DNA from: Klebsormidium nitens | Taxonomy: Eukaryota; Plantae; Klebsormidiophyceae | Length of the DNA: 64,000 bases | Direction: 5' to 3' | NCBI GenBank assembly: GCA_000708835.1 | Contig: DF237452.1 | Location: forward strand, 1 to 64,000 | Part shown: piece after piece, positions 50,201-60,520 of the stretch | How the letters are laid out: each line of letters opens with the position of its first letter | Numbering within the stretch: the first letter of the stretch is position 1 | Notes under the pieces: generated by a model | The model's input: only the letters and a program-made list of their open reading frames with translations | The model's database searches: none | Told to the model about the DNA's origin: nothing | Made by a program: the position numbers and the translations under genes

Positions 50201-51285
50201 TGCAAAGAATAATCAATAAGCCAACTCATGAGTCCAGTCTAACCGGAGGGGATGGTGGTTCAAGCTGATGCAAGAACGTGCAGGAAATCATCAAATGATG
50301 CAATTGGTGGCAGAGACTCACATAAAATGTAGGGAAGTTTGACAGTGCGATCAAAGATGAGATGAAGAAACTGAAAGCGCTGGGCTCTGTTGTTTTTTTT
50401 AGGCCCTTCAAGCGGCTGTCGAAGACTCCGTGCGACAAAGATGTCCCTGAGTATTGACTGAACCAGGGCTTACTACAAGCGTCTGTCTGAACCTTAGACT
50501 ATCATCGATGGAATCCAACTATCGGGTCGCCTGTTCACTATCCTGCCTCTGTATCCCTGACAGTTCCCACTATGTGCCTGATAGGAATGCCTCCGGCAGT
50601 TCGGACGAATATGACGCTGGCTCAGTGATTCACAGATAAGATCAAACTTGATCAGCCCTGTGGCGCGTCACACCACCGTACCATCAATGAAACAAACCAC
50701 CGCCACTACCCCTGAAGATATCTGAACATGCATTTGTACAACAAGTTTGGAGATGGAGTAAAAGGAAGGAGCAACAATGGGCCAGATTGCGAGCATGTTT
50801 GTTAAGAACTGCACGGTGGAAAGCCAGCTAAAGAAACTGTACAGGCCAAAGAATCAAAGCAGGAGAAAGTGAGAAAGAAAGAGAGGCCAGTTTCTTCGTA
50901 CCTGCTTTTTCAAATCTGCGTCCATGCCCCCAAAAACCTCCTCCTGGATTGCCTGGAAGCTATGGCCCGGGTCCGGATCCACGTACTCCGCATCATCCGA
51001 CACAAACACCCGGGGAGAGTTTGGATCCCTTGCCCTCTCAGGGTTACTTTCCTCCCCAGTTAGGCCGTCAATTTCTGGGTTAAGCCGCTTCAGCCAGCCG
51101 ACCATGTGGTCAAAGGAGCGGTTCTCCATAACCAGCAACACGATGGTTTTGATCTTGCCATCAATCTGTGCCTTTTTGTGGTGGCGTGGCCACAAGTCTT
51201 CAAACGGCCAGTCGAGCGCAAGTGCCGGGGTAAGCAACAAAGCGAGCAGGGTTAGCGTGAGCAGGGGGCGCGGAGGGGAGCCCAT
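41247..51285 (-). CDS. NPC: Non-specific phospholipase C (phosphoesterase family) with signal peptide, 9 exons (last two less certain)
   Basis: Exons 51285-50902, 48916-48777, 48260-48170, 47670-47380, 46073-45851, 44570-44391, 42749-42562 and probably 41642-41555 and 41362-41247, all phase-compatible. Motifs are [106 protein letters not shown] and [12 protein letters not shown]. Confidence 0.92.
42873..43920 (-). repeat. Degenerate intronic copies of the NPC exon 7 acceptor and exon start
   Basis: The plus-strand junction agcgcctttggggggtcgggaagcgtcactg (42722-42752) recurs at about 42873, 43034, 43223 and 43901. Confidence 0.7.
44690..44990 (-). repeat. Degenerate intronic copies of the NPC exon 6 acceptor and exon start
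   Basis: gggcttcagtcggggctcatgcacaactgcacaatgagcgcaat (44545-44588) recurs at about 44701 and 44953, with partial copies at about 44780 and 44830. Confidence 0.75.
47191..47425 (-). repeat. Tandem in-frame copies of the NPC exon 4 3' end plus donor
   Basis: GQKMLK|gtggg occurs three times, with exon ends at 47380, 47296 and 47191. The offsets are 84 and 189 nt, with no stop codon between them. Confidence 0.9.
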
Positions 51286-51499
51286 CCTTGCCCCTGCCCT
51301 TGTCTGTCTTTTTTAAGCTCTGCGAGCGAATACTTCTGTATCAAGGAACCTTGGCAACACCAATGTTCAGGATTTTCCGCCCTGTCCAGTGCTGCTGGAT
51401 GGACCTTTTGAAAGCTCAGAGTCTGACTCTAGCATCCCTGCAGGCTGCATGCTACATGCCAGCCATTCATGCCAGCTGAGCTGCCCAAGGAGTACGCGT

Positions 51500-51974
51500 G
51501 CCGCTCGCGGGTTCGTCTCATGGTCCAAGTACGCCGATCATTCGCCCGACGACAGGCTCATCCCTGCAGCCATAGAGACCTTTGGCTGTTTTGGCGGTCC
51601 GTTCGACCGGCTCCTCCATATGTGCGCCCAGCGCGCAGCAGCTCTGCGAGTCAGCGATGAGAGTCAGGTTGGAGACGAGGCTTCTCGTCTGCTGCGTTAT
51701 TACCGTCAGCGCATCTCAGTCAGTCTACAGCGCAGCCAGGCCAGAGCCGTTCATCATCGATCAGCTCGTGCAGTTCAGAGCACGCTAGGTGCGCGGCCTC
51801 TGGCGATGACTGGTTTCGTTAGTCGCGTTGATTTGTTCACGATTGCTGGAGCGAGGCATAGCAGTGAGGAGTGACATTTGAGGTGCTGTGGCACTCACAT
51901 GCGACATTGAGTTGGCTTGGCCAACGACCATTGTTCAGATTGATATTGATATTGATATTGATATTGATATTGAT
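51500..51974 (+). mobile_element. 5'-truncated non-LTR retrotransposon 3' end (restriction-like endonuclease C-terminus, CRE-like) with an (ATTGAT)6 tail
   Basis: The frame encodes SKYADHSPDDRLIPAAIETFGCFGG...LL...YYRQRISVSLQRSQARAV, matching the KY...P.A.ETFG...QR.S..LQR pattern of RLE LINE C-termini. Stop at 51874, then a short 3' UTR and six ATTGAT units at 51939-51974. No TSD was found. Confidence 0.75.
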
Positions 51975-52913
51975 TCCGTCGGACTCGGCTGTAGTATCCG
52001 CGAGCGGAACACGCAGTGCCAAGCGTGCCTAGGCGGAATGCAGCAGGGCAGCGGGCGCTAAATTAAGTTTGTAAAGTGTACCGTACTGCACTGCAGCCAG
52101 GATGTGAGTCAGTTCCCACGAGCTAGCCTAGTGGCCGGTGTATGAAGCAACTGCGAGCAGTGTGGCCAGTTACCGCTCAGTTTTTGATGTTAATTCCCAT
52201 GATGCATGAATTGCGTCGGGATATGCAAGAGCACAATTCCTCATCGGGTGGTCACATCTTCAGAAACTACCGCATGTTCAAGTTGCTCGGGAAGCTGAGC
52301 ATCTTCAAGGTCGATCCTATATCTACGTCTTGAATGCTTCACGTTACACCAACATATTACATAGGCATGTGACAAACGGAAGCTCAACGATGTACGATTG
52401 TGCATCACCTCCATTGAGCAGTCCGACTCGGAGCGACCTCTTCCCTTTCCTGGTGTCCACTGAACCACTTTCCAAACGTTGGGGCTGTCGAACCAAGAAT
52501 ATGGAATGAATCTTGGCCGCCTTGATTCTTTCAAAACGGACGGTATTTATGGGCGTATGCACTCTTGAATCAGCAGATTCAAGCTTCAGAATAGCAAAGT
52601 TCTGCGATCATTAACTGTCGGCAATGCCCTTTTGAAGTACAGTACTTAGCTCTGTAACTAAGCTGCGGCAACCTAGCGCTGCCGCAACCTAAAGTGAGTC
52701 GACTCTGTGTTCCTGTAAAGGTTTACACAACTTCGTTACATCTTAAGGCTACTTCGAACAAGAAAACAATTGTACGCTTTGGTCAGTCGCAAACGACTTG
52801 GATCGTGACGTCCTGGAAAGGTACTCTACTATGTGGCGCTGCTTTTAAACGTTGTTGCATACAACGAATGATACACTGATATGATAAACTCACGTTGTGC
52901 ACTTTACGCGCCC

Positions 52914-55900
52914 CTATGTGTTCCCCGGTTCGTCGCTGTTCCATATGCTCCATCCCCATTTGAGGTTTCCTTTGCTGAGCGGGCTCCTGTTACTGCCCTC
53001 CGCCGACTTTCCTGGGTGGACCTCCCAGAAGATGACTTGCTTTCCGACTTCAGTAACGTTGGACTGCAGTGAAGAAGACATGTTACACTTCAGCAGCAAC
53101 AGATTATTACGTGCTGTTGCACACGAGATTGCTCCTTCGGGCGTGCTTGCTTGAGCAACGACTTGAAATGTCGTAGAGAGCAATCTAAGATGCGATACCG
53201 GGAAGAAACATCTATGAAGACAAAAGACCCGACTGTCTGCAATGCGTGACTTTCTCGACGAGATTAAAGCAACATAAGTTCTCGAGCGAAATCGACGACA
53301 GCGTCGTGACGCCAAAGATTTCCCGAAACGCCGCAACAAAGGTTCAGAACAGAAGGAGTGGCAGACCTTGCCGTCACCCGCAACAGCCGTAGACGTGACT
53401 GACGTTGGAACCAGTCAGAAGACCAACGGTTCTTCGAAAGTAACAAACCTTGCAAACAGCCCAAAATGAAACCGGAAACATGTACAGTTCAGGAGGTGAC
53501 AAAGGGCTAAGCGCAAAGAAAGAAAACGTACCTGTATGTACGAGTTGATGAAGGCATCATTCTCAAGGACGAAGTATTTGACCTTGGTGTACGAGGAGCT
53601 TCCTGCGCCGCGGACGATTCGCCGGCCCTTGAACAGTAACGCCTCGTTGATGTCGACCTGCTGCGTTACGCCCGCCTGCAGACGGGGCGAGGCACCGGAA
53701 AGGGTTGAGCAAGGGCTTTTTAGATGGGCAGTTTGGGTGGCTTTATACTGAACGGATGTGGGAAACGAATCTTTCGATAGTACTGCAACCGTGCCTAAAC
53801 TCACTTGGAAGAAACTCCGCGGCGGAATATGCTAAGCAGACTTGGATTCAGAAGTAGGCTGAAAGGGAACGAAAGGGGTGACCTCGACCTGCAGAACGGG
53901 ACACGTATCGCAATCGTGCAAGTGCGGCAGAAAAGGTCGAGTGATCTTTGAGCGCCGGGCTGATAAGAAGGCGCTTCGCTGCGCAGAAGGTTTCATCGTA
54001 CATACGAAGGTGGGCAGAATGCGCCGGAAAAGCTCCCAACGATTGACTTTTCAAGGGGACTGCCCAGTCGCCGTTGTTACAAAGACCCTGGACATGCGCA
54101 CTGCATTGATTTCCACTGTGAAGAAACCACGCAACAGGTACCTAGAGAAAGTTCTACGTCACGAAATTCAGAGACCAGCGAAACTAGATGGAAAGCACAT
54201 TGGAGGAAAGCGGATAAGCGATACATTTGAAAGACAGATCCCAAGTATCGAATCTCAAGCACTTCGAACAACAAGGCTTCTTGAGAAGGAGGTCGTTGAG
54301 AATTTTGACCTGAGGTCCGCCAAACCAAACGGGCTTCGTTTTAAAGAGCATTGACTTTCAAGCGTTTGCAAAGCAGCGGGGTCACGTTTACGGTAGACCC
54401 AACCTTATTCCAGGCGGGTTCGCAGCAAACGACTACAGAAGCGGTGTTGAATCTTGCTCAGTCTCCGAAGCCCTTACGGGTCCAAGTACGCCTTCACGTT
54501 CTCCCAATCCAAAGTTCTCGCAAAGAGATGCAATGGCAAGTTTGTCCATAAAAATATCGCACCAGTCGACCGAATAAGCTCAACTCATGTAATGATCGGA
54601 CGCTATTTTTGATCTCCATTTTGCGCCAAGGCAAATTGTCCTCGTTCCACTTTGACGAACTCACCTGCACAAAGGCCTCGCACACCTCCTTCAGCTCCGA
54701 CCCACGGAGGGCGGGGTTGCCCGGGGGCATGATCACCGTGTCTGGAGAGGTTAAGTCGAGGCACCCGGTTAAGTCCCCCCGGGTTAGGGCGTGGTTGAAG
54801 TCGCTCCATCGCTCGCGCAACGAGCAGTACAATGACTGCAAGGCAGGAAGAGAAAGGCATGTGCTTAGGAACCTGGTTAGCTTTGAACAAGCGTCCTTCT
54901 ATCGCGCAAGTTCGTAACTTCATACCCGCTTAAACTCTCCCGGGCTAAGGAGTGGCTAAAGTCGCTCCACCGCTCGGGCAACGAGCAGTACAGTGACTGC
55001 AAGGCACGTAGAAAAAGGCAAGTGGTTAGGAAGGTGGTTAGCTTTGACCAAGCGTCCTTCCCTCGCGCATGTTCGTAACAGTTCAGATGGTTACCCGCTT
55101 AGATTCCCCCGGGTTAGGGCGTGATTGAAATAGCTCGACCGCTCGCGCAACAAGTCGTACAGCGCATGCAAGGCACGAAGGAAAAGGCGCATGGTTAGCA
55201 AGTTGGGTAGTTTTGACCAGGCAACTCTCTGACTTGCAGATTTCGGTACAGATATCAGACACCCGCTTAAGCTTCCTAGGTCAGCGCGTAGCCAGATCTG
55301 ATCCACCGTTTGCGTAACAAACGATTCAACCTGTGCAAGGTACAAAGAGAGCCTTGGTTTGAAAAGGTGGTTGGCTTTGATCCAGCGTCCTTCTCACACG
55401 CAAGTGTGAGCCTAACCGTCAAGAAACAAAATAGTTTGTTGTGCACTGCCGCCGACCGTCGAAAGCGCTGCACCGCTCGCGCAACGAGCAGTACAAAAAC
55501 TGCAATTGACAGCAAAAAAGCGTGGTTATATTTCACCGAGTCTACCTCGCAAATTTGTGGGCTTCCCTTCAGGTACCCCAAGCAGGCCCTCGTGCATCAG
55601 CTCATGGTCGAAAAGGACTCCACCGCTCGTAAAAGAACGGAGGAGAACCTGTCAGAGCGCAAAGGCCGGACTGTCTGGTGCAGCGTATTGACGTTAAGTA
55701 CTCGGAATTAAAGGTGGGTGGTCAACCGCCCCACCGCTTGCCTGCTCCGTGACTTGGAACACGGCTACTCAGGACATAGACACGGGAACGTGTCGATAAG
55801 CGTAAACCAGGGCACCCGGTCAAGTTTCTCAGATTTGGACAGATGCCAGAAGGGCTGTAGCGCTCGCGCTCTTCGCCAAAAAGCCGCCGCAGGAACCAAA

Positions 55901-58900
55901 ACGAACGAGGTAATGAGGTTAGGGTTACTTGACGATTCGAAGGCACTCGATGGAGTTTCTCGGATTCAGGGCGTATTTGTAGACGCTCCGCCATATTCCG
56001 AGCTCACAGTACAGCAATTGCGGGAGACAAAGGGAAGAGACCCGACGTAGATGGAGCGGGCGAAAGCAGTCAGGCTTGCTCTTGTCGTGAGAAAGTGTCC
56101 AACGACCAGGTCGTTTCCATCGAGGCTCACGATTGGAGGGACATGAGCATAACTTCGCGTTTTCCTTGAGTTCGAAGTATGTTTCCACATAGTCTTCTTT
56201 GTCTCCTTTGCCCTCGTTAGCAAGGCTGTAGGCACTGACTGAGAGCTGGGCGACTAAGCTGGGTTCAACGGTTCTCAGGACATTCATGCCACACCGAACC
56301 CTTCCGTTTGACCGACTGATTATGTTATATTAGTCCGAGATCAAATTTCCAACCCTCGTTGCACGCGACAAAAGCGGAGGTAATAGTTGCGCCCAACGGT
56401 GACCACACGTTTAGCAGCCTCGCTGCCCTGCTCAAACTTCGAATTTCCAGCGCTATGTGCCCCTGAAAACCCCACTGACGGATGCGTAGACGCACGCGGT
56501 TACTGTCGCCCAATTTGTTACAGTTTGATCGAAAGACTCGAAAGGAAAGACGACGTTTGGTCTTCTCCAGGAAGAACGGGTTAACACGACTTTCAGCCAT
56601 AGAAAACATGACATTCAGCCAAAACAAGGTAGACATGCAGCCGAACGCGATAGCATTTTCGCCTCCCGCGAAGGGGCGTCAATACGCAGACCAGAATCCG
56701 ATTCGCTGGGGCCCCTGCGTAAAGGGGTCCAAACCAAGAAAATCTCCAAAGAAGTTCGGGAGATAATGGAACAAGGAGAGGAAAGCGACAGGGGGAGGAA
56801 ATCACACGGAGGGGAAGACCTTCGGCAGATCGTCTCCGAAAAGGGAGCAGAACAAGTGCACTCGGAATATCACGCGTCTAAACGTCAGCAGACCTTATCA
56901 ACCCCGTTTTCCAAACGGGGTTGATAGTATAGCCGAAAACAAGCACAAAGAAGAGAAAAGGTCATGCCTCGATATCAAGATAGGGGAAATTATGCAAGTT
57001 AGAACCCGACAGGAAAGAAAGAAACAGAAAGAAGGAAACAACAATCAAGACCTTACCCTAAGAGACGAACTTTCTAACTCCTCCGCTGCTTGACGCTCCA
57101 TTCCCCCTCTTCGCACGCCCCCAATTGTGCCTTGGGGGCTTCTCAGAGAAGCGGATACGCTATCTCCATCGTCGTTCCAAATCCACCATCTGATCATCAG
57201 CCGGCCTTTGGCATCGTCCGCCTCGGACTCTAGGTTAGCCTCGGTTTGCGCTAACCCCGGAAGGAGCTGCCATAAAATGACGGCCTTTCCACCCTGGGTT
57301 ACTCCCTGCATGACGAAGATCCTGAAGTTAGGAATCATTGTCAGACCCCGGAGTGGTTTTGAGTGGTTAAGTTGCTGGTCACTGCTGACCCAATTAAGAA
57401 GCGACCAGAGGGTCTCGGCCTTACCGTCTTGGGTCGCCCCCTCCACGCCAATGATTGTTTTCGGAATAGTGATAGTGCTGAACCTTGGTTCTTTGGGAGA
57501 TTCAGTTACTGGTCAGAGCCATCGGGCAGACATTTGTCCTGAATCTCGCCGGCTCCACGGATCCACAAAGAATTGTCAAACGGATTATTCTTTTTATGCG
57601 AAATCTATGGACCTTCTCTAACCCGAAAAGGTTTTTGGGCTGGCTCTCGGTTTCCAATTTTTAGCTAGAGGCCTTACGTCAGCTTTGAAGAAGAGAAGGC
57701 CCATACACTTTTGGAAGCGCAGGCCTTCCTGGAGCGCCCGCAGCTATTCTCGTTAACTGCAGAGCCCTTTCAGGTAGATTGACATAGTGGACCTCGAAAT
57801 CAACACTGAGGTGGCTGTCACAATCTCCTTGACGTCACAACCATGAAGTGAGCTACACGTTGCTCCGTCTTCTCTTCGACATCCTCAGAAACAGAAAAAA
57901 GGAAATAGGTGTTGCAGGCAGCGAGTTAGCCTTGGAGGAAGCTAACCCAAGAGACGCAAACAGCAGCAATCTGCAGCAGAAAAACACTCTGTAGATTTGC
58001 CACGTCCAATGCTCATAGAAAGCGAATCGCTTTCATTGTTCATCGAAGCCAGCTGGTGAGAGGGCCGCAGTGAACTGTCGACAAGAGCCCAAACTCACTC
58101 TTCCATTCATGACTGGAAAGGAGTTCCGGGTCAGGAGGAACCGCGATGTGTCGGGGTCGTTCTGGCCCTTGAGACGGACCTCCCGCAGTTGGATCACCTC
58201 CTCTTGAATGACGCTCCGATGGCCCTGAAACCAGTGACACCGCGTTTGTTAATTCAGCAGATTTCCTCGAATTTCCCAAAAATGGTTATGCACATAGCGG
58301 CCAAAAAAGGCTGTTCATACTGCGGGCTTGAAGGTTCGGAGCAGAAACTTCTATTGCTTGGTCAATTGACAGTACACCTCGACTCTTTTTGAACCGGAGA
58401 TGGTCGAGTTGGAACACCTGGACATGAAGAGAGAACGTCAGCAGATGGAAAATATATCCGCGGGAACAGCAAAGAGGATCCTAAGATTGCGGACTTGAGG
58501 GTAACACTCTTGGTTTCTGGTTGCAACCCATGTTATTCCTTTTGACCATATAGTATAAGCAAACAAGCAATAATAAAGCCTTAGCCTGGGGCGACTTCTG
58601 GTCTTCACAAACCGTACATCCGCCTACCTAGTCAATATTGAGAAGTTGTAGAGTTCAGGCTTCCTGTACCCTGGACTCCTCGACTTCTCTTGACATGCTC
58701 CGGCAGTATCTATTTTAAGCCCACAACAATTTGTCTTTTTGCTGATCTCCCCTCAATGCACAATTAAAGGATAGAATCTGGACCATGCACAAGGTAACTC
58801 CGGGGATATCCCTTCCGAACCTTGACAGTTGCTGTGCCCGCACATAGTGTGGCCTAGCTGGATGTGCATGATTGGATGTGTTTGTCAAAGGGCGCACGCT

Positions 58901-59700
58901 GTCGCAATGTTGTGTTACGCTTGCTTTGGACCCATTCTCCCAAATCACTTAGGTAATCCGCTTTGATCTGTCACATGCTCTGGAGGCTGGGTTTGAAACA
59001 TCACTGGGTAAATTTCTGAAGACTTGCTCATATCTTTAAATCCTTGCTCACGTCTCTGGAGTCCGTCCTAAAATCCGGCCAACCTCTTATGCGACCTGCT
59101 CACCTTCTCCATGAAGAGCGTTTGGAGAGCAAAGACTAGGGCAGCGCCGTGCCCTTGCACTCTTGGCCGGCCGGGCGCATCCACCTTCACATTTGGTGCG
59201 CAAAAGCGCAGCAGTTCCTGCACATTTCCTGTTGCAAGCACTTGGTTCAATTTTCTCAATTGCTCTTGCAGTGCTACGTCCAAGCTGGAACTCTTCAGCA
59301 CAAGTGAGTCTCCATCTTCAATTTCTAGCTGCTCTCCTGTCTGAGGCTTGCCAGTGAAGGTTCTTTGCTTCAGAAGGCTGCTCAATAGTTCGCTTCCTCG
59401 CAAACTGACACTGGATTGAAAGGACAAGAGTTGCTGTGAAAGAGTGCGGGGCACGGTGTCACGTGCTTCAGAGGCTATCTCTGTTCGGGCTGGCTGCAAG
59501 TCTGCGTGCTGGAGCTCAGCCTTTGACACCATTGCTTCGACACCACCACCACCACCACCTTCACCACGGTGATAGAGCTGAATGAGCCCTTGTGTCAAGT
59601 CAGTGCCCACCAAAAAGAGCAGGACGAAGAGGCTCAGTTTCGCGTGCCCAAGCTTGCCTTGAGCCAAGCGGGCCACCACTTTGCATTGGCCAGTCCTCAT
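52914..59700 (-). CDS. Signal-anchored protein with two SnoaL-like/DUF4440 (NTF2-fold) domains, 6 exons, about 478 aa
   Basis: Exons 59700-59104, 58224-58099, 57305-57057, 54835-54665, 53675-53532 and 53063-52914, all phase 0 and GT-AG. Domain 1 reads LRKLNQVLATGNVQELLRFCAPNVKVDAPGRPRVQG...GKAVILW...IRWWIWNDD. Domain 2 reads WSDFNHALTRGDLTGCLDLTSPDTVIMPPGNPALRG...GKQVIFW...WGWSIWNSD. The N-terminus has a hydrophobic stretch LSLFVLLFLVG. Confidence 0.8.
54925..55510 (-). repeat. About four degenerate tandem units of roughly 165 bp copying the SnoaL-gene exon 4 acceptor and exon start
   Basis: cccgggttagggcgtggttgaagtcgctccatcgctcgcgcaacgagcagtacaatgactgcaaggca (about 54778-54845) recurs at about 54940, 55106, 55270 (decayed) and 55470 (partial). 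The intronic part ggttagctttga.caagcgtcctt is repeated as well. Confidence 0.88.
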
Positions 59701-60520
59701 CTCGCCAGTTTCTGATTGAAAAGCAGCACGAAAAAGACCGCTGCCGCTATCGACTGCTCTTTCAGCGCCTTTCTAGTATTTCTGGTGTGGCCACCTCAAG
59801 TGAACGTCTGTTCAATGCATGCACTTTTTATGCATATCACTCGCAAGGGATTATGCTGCAGGACGCATTTATCCAAGTCTCCATGCACCATGGTGAAAAA
59901 CAACTCAGAACGCCTTCTCTTTGTCCTGTTTGGTCCGCCTTTCTTCCAAGCCAATCCTGGTATCATGCGGAGGTTGGTGGTTCACGAACCTATTGGACGC
60001 TGACAGCCGTCCGATGAACATTCTCAGTGACTTTGAACGGCCCCCGCGGCGGCTCAATATTGGTAAGGCTTCTCCGGCGAGAAGTTGGAAACGGTTAGAG
60101 TACTGCTAAAAGGAGTGCCTCTCTAGTTCCCAGCTTTTGCTGCAAAGGTCCTATACAGGCTCAGGTTCAACTTCATGACGACGACGTCTCGTCCAAAGCT
60201 GGCGTTCTTTACGTTTGAAAGGGCACAACGTAAGTGACTCACCAAGTAGAAGTTAGGTCAGAGTCTAGAGAGCTTCTTTGGGCGTCCTGAGTTGCTGTTC
60301 CAGCTTCAGTATCTGCTTCACAGGACATTTCCTACGCAGTCCCACGAAGAGGGTTTTCAGGAGACTCCCCCCTCATCAGACGAATTAGTTTATCCTTCCA
60401 CCTGCGCAGTAATCAGGAAGAGAAGCAAAGGGGTTAACGGGAGCGAAGCACATTTTTGCTGCTCTGGAACACCTCGGTAGGGTTGTCTTTGGCCACGAGA
60501 AGCGGCCCCTTGATTGAGCA

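Noticed and set aside
55925-56287. 120-aa minus ORF within intron 3 of the SnoaL gene as an extra exon
   Set aside because: Exons 3 and 4 already join in phase into a coherent linker and domain, and I found no convincing splice pair for this segment.
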